A stretch of DNA of 64,000 nucleotides, taken from NCBI GenBank assembly GCA_003246335.1, contig QKAR01000114.1, forward strand, positions 920 through 64,919, written 5' to 3'. Source of the stretch: Spirochaetales bacterium (lineage in GTDB: Bacteria; Spirochaetota; Spirochaetia; Treponematales; Treponemataceae). The notes under the pieces are model-generated. The model worked only from the letters and a program-made list of their open reading frames with translations, had not been told where the DNA came from and ran no database searches. The position numbers and the translations under genes are program-made. Positions 9,196 to 17,718 of the stretch are shown in pieces; within the stretch, counting starts at the first letter, position 1, and each line of letters begins with the position of its first letter.

Positions 9196-10133
9196 TACGC
9201 TTCCACGTCAATGCCGCGCAAAACGCCGCCCGAATCTAAACCGGGTGAACGCCACGAAACGTCGAAAATACCCGCGCGAGAAAGAACGCCCCTCAAATAT
9301 ACTACAAATTCTCCAAAATTGATAGGACTAAACGGCGGTGACGCCGTAAACGAACAGGACTCGCCGACAACGGTAAATTCCCAGGCGCGATCGCCGGTAA
9401 GGGCCGTAACCCGCGTTTCGACCGTCGCCATTCGGGATTGATCCACGAGAAAGCGAACCGAACCGGAGCAGAGTCGAGAACCGAAATGGCGAGAAAAGGG
9501 AACGACGATCCAATGAAGGTCTTGTCCCATTTTTCGATTCACGTGCGCGCAAAAATCCGCGTCAGAGCCCCGCTCGCCTTCCGAATCCGATTCGCTCGGA
9601 GAAACCGCGCGGCGGCCTTCAAAGAGACTCACGAGTCGCGCGACGGTATCTTCGGTAACCTCAATACCGCGCTCGGACAAAATGGCCGCAGCCTCGGCGG
9701 CGCGCCGTTCCTTCCCCGGAAATTTGCCCGCGATTCGATCGAGATTACCAATAATTCGAGTATCGAGTTTCATGCCGATTTGGCTAAAAAAAGACACGAG
9801 AAATGACGTAACCTCGGTTTTAGGCAGATTGAGAAAGAAGAACGCGTCTAGCGGGTCTCGGGAGATAACCGGCAACCGAAGGGGCTCAAGGACTATCGAC
9901 CCTTCGACGTAAGACACACGCGCGTCAAAAACTGAGCCAGGGCGATATTCGCCGAGGCCGGCGGCGACGAGTGTTCGATTGGCCGCTCGGATTATCACGG
10001 TGCCGTTGGGCCGAAGAGAAACGACGCTTACCCGAACGACGGAACGGTCGGGTAAGTCGGCCGTAAGCCCGCGCGTCGCGCGAGTGGAAAGAAAGACGCC
10101 TCGGGACCCGTTTGTGGTATCGGCTCGAATCAT
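9195..10133 (-). CDS. Hypothetical protein, possibly FliK-like (hook-length control type)
   Basis: Coupled by TAATG overlap to the FlhB-like gene. C-terminal beta-rich segment (WIVVPFS...GSVRFLVD). The FliK resemblance is inferred mainly from context. Confidence 0.6.
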   Translation of the reverse strand: MIRADTTNGSRGVFLSTRATRGLTADLPDRSVVRVSVVSLRPNGTVIIRAANRTLVAAGLGEYRPGSVFDARVSYVEGSIVLEPLRLPVISRDPLDAFFFLNLPKTEVTSFLVSFFSQIGMKLDTRIIGNLDRIAGKFPGKERRAAEAAAILSERGIEVTEDTVARLVSLFEGRRAVSPSESDSEGERGSDADFCAHVNRKMGQDLHWIVVPFSRHFGSRLCSGSVRFLVDQSRMATVETRVTALTGDRAWEFTVVGESCSFTASPPFSPINFGEFVVYLRGVLSRAGIFDVSWRSPGLDSGGVLRGIDVEA

Positions 10134-10178
10134 CGTTTTCCCCAAATTGAAAACAGCGCAAAAGCGCGATTTTTCCCT

Positions 10179-10206
10179 AAAAAAAAACCGGACCTCTCGG
10201 TCCGGT
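10179..10206 (-). terminator. Intrinsic terminator after rplS
   Basis: ACCGGACC-gaga-GGTCCGGT followed by a T run on the minus strand. Confidence 0.88.
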
Positions 10207-10223
10207 CATCCTTGAAACGGAAA

Positions 10224-10589
10224 TTATTTGTCCGCTTTTTTGGTGATAAGCGTCTTGATCTTCGCCGCCTTACCGATCTTCTCGCGGATATAATAGAGTT
10301 TAGCGCGGCGGACTTTACCGGGGCGAACGAGCTCTATCGAGTCGATTCGGGGTGAGTGGAGCGGAAATACGCGCTCGACGCCGACGCCGTAGGAGTTCTT
10401 GCGAACGGTAAAAGTACGGCCGATTCCTGCGTTTTTAAAGCAGATAACTAAGCCTTCGTATACCTGGATGCGCTCGTTTTTTCCTTCAACGATCTTAAAA
10501 TTCACCTTAACGGTATCGCCGACCTTGAAATCCGCGATCTCGGCCTTTTTCTGTCCTTCTTCGATCTTGCTAATCAGATCCATTCCCAT
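10224..10589 (-). CDS. rplS: 50S ribosomal protein L19
   Basis: [41 protein letters not shown]. Confidence 0.98.
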   Translation of the reverse strand: MGMDLISKIEEGQKKAEIADFKVGDTVKVNFKIVEGKNERIQVYEGLVICFKNAGIGRTFTVRKNSYGVGVERVFPLHSPRIDSIELVRPGKVRRAKLYYIREKIGKAAKIKTLITKKADK

Positions 10590-11400
10590 TTTCGATCTCC
10601 TTGATGATTCGCTCGGCTTCTTTGGAAAGTCGCCCGGAATCCCGAACCCCTTGCATAAGGTCCGGCCTAACCCTGATCGTCTTCTCGATGCGTTTCCGCA
10701 GACGCCAGCGTCGAATGTTTTCGTGATGCCCCGAAAGGAGCACCTCCGGGACGCTCACGCCCCGGAAAATTTCAGGCCTCGTGTACTGAGGATACTCAAG
10801 GAAACCATCGGAGAAACTTTCGTCGTCCAACGACTCGCTTGAAATAACGCCTTCGATAAGCCGATACACCGCGTCGATAATTACCGTCGCGGCGAGCTCT
10901 CCCGACGACATCACGTAGTCGCCGATGGAAATCTCATCGTCGACGTACGCGTCGATTACGCGCTGGTCGATACCCTCATACCTTCCGCAAACGAATACGA
11001 GTTCGTTTTCCCGCGAAAGTTCCTCGGCAAGCTTTTGCGTCAAAGGCGTACCGGAAGGCGTCACGTAAATGACGCGCTTTCGATTTTCATCCTGACGAGA
11101 GCCGCTCGCCGCGTCCAAATCTCCCGATTCGCCCGCGAAACAACCGGGTTTCGGCGAAACGCCGACCGATTCAAGCGCGAGGGAAAGCGGTTCAGGGAGC
11201 ATGAGCATACCGGGTACATGCTTATCGTTAACCGCGCCGTAGGGTTTGTCGTCGCAGGATCGGTGTTTATTAAACGCGAAATCCCGGACGTTCACGAGAT
11301 CGTAGGCAATAATTCCCCGCTGTACCGCCTTCGCCATGATCGAACTCTCGAAAAAAGCGCGCGGTATTTCGGGAAACAAGGTCAGCACATGGAATATCAT
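10570..11400 (-). CDS. trmD: tRNA (guanine37-N1)-methyltransferase
   Basis: [43 protein letters not shown]. Confidence 0.97.
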   Translation of the reverse strand: MIFHVLTLFPEIPRAFFESSIMAKAVQRGIIAYDLVNVRDFAFNKHRSCDDKPYGAVNDKHVPGMLMLPEPLSLALESVGVSPKPGCFAGESGDLDAASGSRQDENRKRVIYVTPSGTPLTQKLAEELSRENELVFVCGRYEGIDQRVIDAYVDDEISIGDYVMSSGELAATVIIDAVYRLIEGVISSESLDDESFSDGFLEYPQYTRPEIFRGVSVPEVLLSGHHENIRRWRLRKRIEKTIRVRPDLMQGVRDSGRLSKEAERIIKEIENGNGSD

Positions 11401-11406
11401 GGAAAA

Positions 11407-11937
11407 CTATTCCAGAATCCAGCGGTGCATGAGCTCAACGGTTTTGTTCTTTACGTCGACTGCGCCGACGAATTCCTTTCGGAACGGAACATACCGCGTA
11501 TTTCCCCGCCCAAGGGGCGGTTCGGAGCCATCGGATAGGGTAACTTCGAGTAAGTCGCCCGCCCCGCCTTCCATTACGCCCGTGATTACACCCACTACGG
11601 TTCCTTGATACACAAGGACACACTGACAAAGATCACTGACATAGGCTTCGCCCGGTGAGAGCGGACAGGCCATGTCGCGCGAAACGAGGAGTTCGGCGCC
11701 GGAAAGCGCCTTAGCGCGCTCAGGCGAGTCTATTCCCCGAAACTTAATGAGTAGGCCGCGGTCTATTTCCTCAAGGGATTCGATTTCGAATTCCCTTACG
11801 TCTTCAGACCCAGCCATTCGCAGATAGACGCTATCCAAACGCGCGATATGCGACGTTTCCCCGGAAGCGCTCTCTACTTTCACAAATCCGTCCAACCCAT
11901 GGGAAGAACGAACGAAACCGGTGACCAACAAATCCAT
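11407..11937 (-). CDS. rimM: 16S rRNA processing protein RimM
   Basis: VRSSHGLDGFVKV, YVSDLCQC, GAGDLLEV, YVPFRKEFV, plus operon position. Confidence 0.95.
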   Translation of the reverse strand: MDLLVTGFVRSSHGLDGFVKVESASGETSHIARLDSVYLRMAGSEDVREFEIESLEEIDRGLLIKFRGIDSPERAKALSGAELLVSRDMACPLSPGEAYVSDLCQCVLVYQGTVVGVITGVMEGGAGDLLEVTLSDGSEPPLGRGNTRYVPFRKEFVGAVDVKNKTVELMHRWILE

Positions 11938-12170
11938 CAGTCAAGAATTTCCAAAGAAACCCTTTTTCCTGACTTTCCGGAAGAGGCGCTCAGAACCGTG
12001 CGCATCGCCTTCGCGATACGGCCGTATTTTCCGATTACCTTTCCGATATCCGCGGGCGCGACACGGAGCTCGAGAATCGTGGCTTTTTCGCCCTCGACCT
12101 CACTAACCGTTACCGCACCGGGATCGTCGACCAACGATTTAGCGATATATTCAACCAAATCTTTTTCCAC
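11937..12170 (-). CDS. khpA: KH-domain RNA-binding protein (KhpA/YlqC)
   Basis: DIGKVIGKYGRIAKAMR (GxxG loop), between rpsP and rimM. Confidence 0.93.
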   Translation of the reverse strand: MEKDLVEYIAKSLVDDPGAVTVSEVEGEKATILELRVAPADIGKVIGKYGRIAKAMRTVLSASSGKSGKRVSLEILD

Positions 12171-12191
12171 GCTCGGTGCCTCTCCCGCGAA

Positions 12192-12440
12192 TTACAGGGA
12201 GAAATTCTTTTTATTAAAAAGACCGCGCACGGTATCCGACGGAACAGCGCCCTTATCGAGCCAGCTGCGAACTTTGTCGGCATCGAAGGAAATCTGCTTA
12301 TCCTCGGCCTCGATCGGATGATACACGCCCAATTCCTCTATCGTGCGACCATCGCGCGGCACGCGTGAATCCTGAACGACGATACGATAGTACGGTCGAC
12401 CCTTGCTTCCGAATTTTTTCAGTCTAATCTTAACGCTCAC
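12192..12440 (-). CDS. rpsP: 30S ribosomal protein S16
   Basis: VKIRLKKFG..RPYYRIVV.DSRVPRDGR.IEELGVYHP. Confidence 0.98.
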   Translation of the reverse strand: MSVKIRLKKFGSKGRPYYRIVVQDSRVPRDGRTIEELGVYHPIEAEDKQISFDADKVRSWLDKGAVPSDTVRGLFNKKNFSL

Positions 12441-12495
12441 TGTCTATCCTCCTGGGAACATTCGCCCATAAAATCATGATTGCATACGAACTAAC

Positions 12496-12524
12496 GTTAT
12501 ACCTGAAAAGCGAAAAACCGTCAA
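12496..12524 (-). promoter_or_regulatory. Sigma70-type promoter of the rpsP operon
   Basis: TTGACG-17-TATAAC on the minus strand. Confidence 0.8.
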
Positions 12525-12599
12525 TACAACGACATATACGGCATAAAATAGGGGAAAAAACATCTATACAACTCAAGTTTTTACTATCATAATACTTAT

Positions 12600-14192
12600 A
12601 TGACACGACGCCGAGCGAAACAACCCAAATTCATCGTCGTAAACGACCGAAAGCCTGTCTGGAAACCAAGCTTAAAAATAGCGATTATTTATGCGCTTAT
12701 CGGGTTTTGCTGGATTTTTTTCTCGGATAATCTCGCGGAATTTTTGGTCAAAGACCGCCATATACTCCTTCAACTCAACGTATTTAAGGGCTCCGTATAC
12801 GTTATTCTGAGCGCCTTCATCATTTATTTCTTGATATCCCGCGCGTTCGCGAAGCTCAGCGACAACGAGCAAGTCATAAACGAAAATCAGCGGGAACTCA
12901 AAGCGCTCCTCTATTATGACCATTTAACCGGCCTATTCAACCGTCGAAAACTTATCGAGCGGCTTCCCGATTACCTGCATGACGGAACGACGCAAGGTAA
13001 GGCGCTATTATATCTCGACATCGATAACATCAAGCTCATTAACGATACCATGGGGCATTTAACCGGAGACGGCCTGATCGCCACGACCGCAAAAAAGCTT
13101 TCGTCGATACTGAGCGCGCCGGAGGAAGTGTATCGACTCGGCGGGGACGAATTCATCATTCTCATGAAGTTCGCCAATGTCTTGGACGTCGAGCGGAAAG
13201 CCGAAACCCTACTCTCGCTTTTCGACGCGCCCGTCTCGGTCGACGGCGCCCTCATCCACACGACCGTCAGCGTCGGAATCGCGCTTTACCCGCGACATTG
13301 CGAAGAGCCCGGCGAATTGCTGAAATTCGCCGACGTCGCCATGTATCGCTCGAAGCGGAACGGAAAAAATCAGGCTATCATTTATGATCCGAACATGATG
13401 AACGAAATCAACGAGCGCATGAGCATCGGCGAATACCTGCATGACGCGCTTGAACGGAACGAACTGGAGGTATTTTATCAGCCGCAATTATGCGTCAATT
13501 CGCGGCAAATCGAGGGTTTTGAGGCGCTACTCCGGTGGAACAATCATTTTTTAGGGAAAGTCTCTCCCGATAAATTCATTTCCGTCGCGGAAGAAACCCA
13601 TCTCATCATACCGATCGGCGAGTGGATTTTGCGAGAATCGTGCGCTTTCCTCAAGAAAATGCACGACGCGGGCTTCGTCGACCTGTCGGTTTCCGTGAAC
13701 ATTTCGATGATCCAGCTTCTCCAGGACGATTTCGTCGATTCAATTATGCTCGCCATAGAGGAAACGAACATTAACCCTGAAAAGCTCAAGCTCGAAATTA
13801 CCGAATCCATATTGATGGAGTCCTGGACCATGATTCGGGCGAAACTTGAGAGACTTCGCGGAAAAGGCGTCGGCATCGCCCTCGACGACTTCGGAAAGGG
13901 CTATTCTTCGCTCAGCTACCTGGAACGGCTCCCGATCACCATATTGAAAATCGACAAAATTTTCGTCGATGGCATCCACGAGACGAATAACGACGCGACG
14001 TTGATGGGAAATATCGTGCAAATCGGAAAAAAACTCGGACTGCAGGTCATCGCCGAGGGCGTCGAGACGGCCGCGCAAATGCGATATCTCTCCGCGCAAA
14101 ACTGCGACTCGATTCAGGGATGGTTCTACAGCAAAGCGCTGTGCAAGGCCGAGGCCGAAAAACTCGCGCGCGAGAATCTCTCGAAAGATTAG
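12600..14192 (+). CDS. Membrane-anchored GGDEF-EAL protein
   Basis: Two N-terminal TM helices, YDHLTGLFNR, RLGGDEF, FEALLRW, LEITES, ALDDFGKGYSSL, KID, AEGVET. Confidence 0.95.
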   Translation: MTRRRAKQPKFIVVNDRKPVWKPSLKIAIIYALIGFCWIFFSDNLAEFLVKDRHILLQLNVFKGSVYVILSAFIIYFLISRAFAKLSDNEQVINENQRELKALLYYDHLTGLFNRRKLIERLPDYLHDGTTQGKALLYLDIDNIKLINDTMGHLTGDGLIATTAKKLSSILSAPEEVYRLGGDEFIILMKFANVLDVERKAETLLSLFDAPVSVDGALIHTTVSVGIALYPRHCEEPGELLKFADVAMYRSKRNGKNQAIIYDPNMMNEINERMSIGEYLHDALERNELEVFYQPQLCVNSRQIEGFEALLRWNNHFLGKVSPDKFISVAEETHLIIPIGEWILRESCAFLKKMHDAGFVDLSVSVNISMIQLLQDDFVDSIMLAIEETNINPEKLKLEITESILMESWTMIRAKLERLRGKGVGIALDDFGKGYSSLSYLERLPITILKIDKIFVDGIHETNNDATLMGNIVQIGKKLGLQVIAEGVETAAQMRYLSAQNCDSIQGWFYSKALCKAEAEKLARENLSKD

Positions 14193-14237
14193 AGACAACG
14201 GGCCGTTCGTTAGCCGAGGAATCGCGGACCGCGAGTT

Positions 14238-14981
14238 TTACTCGGAAAATCGCCGCAAAAAAGCGCGCGTCCGCTCGTTTTTCGGGTTCGTTATCAGGTC
14301 GGCGCTCCCTTCCTCGACAATAACCCCGGCATCCATGAAAATAACCCGATCGGCGACGTCTCGAGCGAACGCCATTTCATGCGTTACGATGACCATCGTC
14401 ATATTCTCGCTCGCCAGGCCTCGTATGACTTTCAGGATTTCCCCGGTGAGTTCCGGATCAAGCGCGCTCGTCGGTTCGTCGAAAAAAATGACTTCCGGGT
14501 CGAGCGCGAGCGCGCGGGCGATCGAAACGCGTTGTTGCTGTCCGCCAGACAGCTCAAATGGGTAAGAATCGGCCTTCGCGGAAAGGCCCATTTTCTCGAG
14601 GAGCGCGCGAGCCCTCGTTTCCGATTCGGCTTTCGAGCGCTTTAGTACGCGGATTTGCGCCTCGGTGACGTTTCGAAGCACGGAAAAATGGGGAAACAGG
14701 TTAAAATTCTGGAAGACGAGGCCAACTTTCAGGCAAATCGATCGGAGGACATCGGGTTCCGCGTACACGCCGTTTTCCACCATGCACTGATCTGAAATTT
14801 TTATCGTTCCGCCGTCGACGGTTTCAAGGTGATTAATCGCGCGCAAGAGCGTCGATTTTCCCGAACCGGACGGTCCGATAACGGCCAAAACCTCGCCGCG
14901 ATGCACCGAAAACGAGATGTCCTTAATAACTTCAAGAGCCCCAAAAGACTTAGAAAGGCGTTCAACCGCGATGACTTCCAT
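14238..14981 (-). CDS. Polar amino-acid ABC transporter ATPase
   Basis: [32 protein letters not shown]. Confidence 0.93.
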   Translation of the reverse strand: MEVIAVERLSKSFGALEVIKDISFSVHRGEVLAVIGPSGSGKSTLLRAINHLETVDGGTIKISDQCMVENGVYAEPDVLRSICLKVGLVFQNFNLFPHFSVLRNVTEAQIRVLKRSKAESETRARALLEKMGLSAKADSYPFELSGGQQQRVSIARALALDPEVIFFDEPTSALDPELTGEILKVIRGLASENMTMVIVTHEMAFARDVADRVIFMDAGVIVEEGSADLITNPKNERTRAFLRRFSE

Positions 14982-15003
14982 GCGCTGGCTCCCCTACCCG
15001 CGA

Positions 15004-15648
15004 TCAGCGGTAATACGAGAGTTTTCTCTCGAAGAAATCGAAACAGGCCGAAACGACCCAGTTCATGACGAAATAAAACACGCCCGCGAGAAATATCGGC
15101 ATCGTCGAAAAATCGCGGGACGAGGCGTTTTGCGCGAACCGAAACAATTCGGCTACCCCAAGGGTAGAGGCGAGCGCGGTATCTTTTACGAGGGTTATGA
15201 CCTCGTTCGCGGTCGCGGGCACGATGCGCTTAACGACCTGGGGCAGGACAATCCTGAAAAAAGTCTGGCCTTTCGTGAAACCGAGGACTTTCGCCGCCTC
15301 GTATTGTCCTTTCGGAATGGACTCGATGCCGCCTCGATAAATCTCGGCGAAGTACGCCGCGTAATTTATAACGAAGGCGATGATGACCGCGAGAAAACGG
15401 TCGTAGCGAATGCCGATCTGGTAGAGAAATCGAGCGGGAACGAAATAAACAAAAATGAGTTGAAGGATGAGGGGAGTTCCGCGCATGACGAGCAAGTACG
15501 CGTTAACGGTTCCCCGCACGGCGCGGTTGGCCGACATACGGCCGAACGCGATCGGCAAGGCGAGCGGCAGGGAAAAAAGCAGGGTGAGAAAGAAAACCTC
15601 AAGCGAAACGAGCGAGCCATGCAGCATCGCTTCCAGCATTTTAGCCAT
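15004..15648 (-). CDS. Amino-acid ABC permease
   Basis: MRGTPLILQL, AAYFAEIYRGG, GQYEAAKVLG, VKDTAL. Confidence 0.93.
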   Translation of the reverse strand: MAKMLEAMLHGSLVSLEVFFLTLLFSLPLALPIAFGRMSANRAVRGTVNAYLLVMRGTPLILQLIFVYFVPARFLYQIGIRYDRFLAVIIAFVINYAAYFAEIYRGGIESIPKGQYEAAKVLGFTKGQTFFRIVLPQVVKRIVPATANEVITLVKDTALASTLGVAELFRFAQNASSRDFSTMPIFLAGVFYFVMNWVVSACFDFFERKLSYYR

Positions 15649-15706
15649 TGCGCGCTCCCGAACGCCCGCCGGGGAAAAACCGCCGACGGGTTACGTGTAT
15701 TATTGA

Positions 15707-16519
15707 TTACTTTCCGACGATCGAAATATCGGAGCCGAACCACTTCGTCGAAATGGTCGCGATAGTTCCGTCAGCGGCCATCGCCTCGAGGGTTTCCTCG
15801 ACTTTGGCGGCGAGGGCGAGATCGGCCTTGCGGAAGCCAACGCCATAATTTTCGGGCGCGAGCGATTCCTCAATTACCGCGAACGGCTTTCCCGACTGGG
15901 CGATGCTATAGTTCGCCACGACGAGATCCATGACGACGCCGTCGATTCCCTTAACGTCGAGGTCCATCAGGGCGGTCAGATTGTCCTTGTACTCCACGAC
16001 GTTCTTGAGGCTCGCCTTAAAATCGGCGGACGCGTCGAGGGCGTCGGCGGCGGAAGAACCGGCCTGGAGGCCGATCGTCTTGCCGGAGAGGTCCGCGAGG
16101 GCCTTATAGCCCGAGTCGGCGCGAACGACGACGACCTGCGCGTTCTTCAGATAGGGTTTCGTGAAGGTCAGCGCGGCTTCGCGCTCCGGCGTAATCGTGA
16201 ATCCGTTCCAAATGCAGTCGATTTTGCCGGTGTTGAGCTCCTGCTCTTTGGCGTTCCAGTCGATCGGCTGACACACGAGCTCGACGCCCATGCGCTTCGT
16301 TACCTCTTTCGCGAGGTCGACGTCATAACCGACGATCTCATTGTTTTCGTCGGTAAAGCCCATCGGCGGGAAGGAAGCGTCGAGACCGAGCACGAACGTC
16401 TTCTTGTCCATAATCGCCTTGAGCGAATTATCCGCGGCCGTCGTTTCTTTTTTTGAGCACGAGACGAGCGCGAGGGCCGCAAGCGCGAGGCAAACGGCAA
16501 TACTAGTGATTTTTTTCAT
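15707..16519 (-). CDS. Amino-acid ABC substrate-binding lipoprotein
   Basis: Lipobox LALVSC, GLDASFPPMGF, GYDVDLAKEV, WNGFTITPER. Confidence 0.93.
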   Translation of the reverse strand: MKKITSIAVCLALAALALVSCSKKETTAADNSLKAIMDKKTFVLGLDASFPPMGFTDENNEIVGYDVDLAKEVTKRMGVELVCQPIDWNAKEQELNTGKIDCIWNGFTITPEREAALTFTKPYLKNAQVVVVRADSGYKALADLSGKTIGLQAGSSAADALDASADFKASLKNVVEYKDNLTALMDLDVKGIDGVVMDLVVANYSIAQSGKPFAVIEESLAPENYGVGFRKADLALAAKVEETLEAMAADGTIATISTKWFGSDISIVGK

Positions 16520-16644
16520 CGAAAAAATCCTCCAATCGCGAAATAATACCTGATTTTCATTTTTTAGTAAACGATTGCGAAGAATCGTTATCGCCGCTGG
16601 AGTTTGCGGCTACGCGCCGCGCGCTGAAAAAAAAGCAGGGCGCT

Positions 16645-17277
16645 CTATCGTCCCGTCGAACCTCGCAACGCGGTCGCCAATTCTTTCCAAACGAGTTTAT
16701 CGGCCTCGGAAAGCGAGGCGAAATCGGCCTGGCGACCCCAGGCCGAAAAATCGATAAAGCGCTTGGCGCGTTCCAATAACGATTCAAAGCTTTCGAGCTG
16801 GAATTTCTCTAGCCAAGTCGGCACTTTCTTCGCCACGGAAAGGAGTTTTTGATAATGCGGAACGCATAGGCCGTCCGAACCGGTAAAAAAAGCGATAAAC
16901 TCCGGATCAGACGTTTCCGCGATACATCCCAAAAACTCGCGCTCCACCCGATCGGTTTCGACGCAGGCCGGGCATTCGCCTTTCGGGGGGCGATTTTTTT
17001 TGCGAGAAAGGTTTGGCAGTCGGTCGGCGAGAATATCGGCTCCGAGAATGGCGACCGCGAGCCCATCGCGAAACGAATCGAGATGGCGCGCGTGAAACGG
17101 GCAAAAGCCACCCGCCTCGCGGTATTTCGCGCGAAAACCGCGATCGGAAACGTGCTCAAACAGCATATTGTCGATATAACGGTCGGCGCGCTCGGAAACG
17201 ATCCCGCATACGGGACAACCGGGGTTCGCGCACGCTTTTTCGAGCGCGAACCAATTGACGTGTTTTTCGGCGGACAC
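16645..17277 (-). CDS. DUF6062-like protein with duplicated CxxC/CxxH metal-binding motifs
   Basis: CPVC...LFEHVSD..FR..Y...GGFCPFH and CPAC...GLCVPH. Confidence 0.7.
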   Translation of the reverse strand: MSAEKHVNWFALEKACANPGCPVCGIVSERADRYIDNMLFEHVSDRGFRAKYREAGGFCPFHARHLDSFRDGLAVAILGADILADRLPNLSRKKNRPPKGECPACVETDRVEREFLGCIAETSDPEFIAFFTGSDGLCVPHYQKLLSVAKKVPTWLEKFQLESFESLLERAKRFIDFSAWGRQADFASLSEADKLVWKELATALRGSTGR

Positions 17278-17287
17278 AGCCTGAACC

Positions 17288-17590
17288 TTACAGGGAATAA
17301 TCGACGACCGCGCGGCTCGTGCGGACTTTCGTGACGTATTCGCTCACTTTAACGTGATTCGGGTTAACGGCGTACAGATCGAGATCGTCCTTGGAGTCAA
17401 ACTCGGTAATGAGCACCATATCGAACGACATGGCCGACGAAAACTCGTTAATGCCGACCTCGAGACGTCGAATGTACGGAATGACGGCGGGAAGCGCCTC
17501 AAGCCGCTCTTTGACGATTTTGCAATTTTCCGCCTTCGTCTTCCCCTCAGCCTCGTCCTTGAATTGCCACATAACTACATGCCGGATCAT
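17288..17590 (-). CDS. Dabb family (stress-responsive alpha/beta barrel) protein
   Basis: MIRHVVMWQFK, LEVGIN, FDSKDDL..YAVNPNH. GGAGG RBS. Confidence 0.9.
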   Translation of the reverse strand: MIRHVVMWQFKDEAEGKTKAENCKIVKERLEALPAVIPYIRRLEVGINEFSSAMSFDMVLITEFDSKDDLDLYAVNPNHVKVSEYVTKVRTSRAVVDYSL

Positions 17591-17660
17591 TTGATGCCTC
17601 CCAATGCGTTCTTAATTTTTAAGTATATCATTTTGACGAGAACGGTACAGCGATACGGCG

Positions 17661-17693
17661 AAAAAAAAAGCCGAACCGCGCGAGCGATTCGGC
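17661..17693 (-). terminator. Intrinsic terminator after cpdB
   Basis: GCCGAA...TTCGGC stem followed by T9 on the minus strand. Confidence 0.75.
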
Positions 17694-17718
17694 CTAGCAC
17701 TCGAAAAAGCGATTCGCG

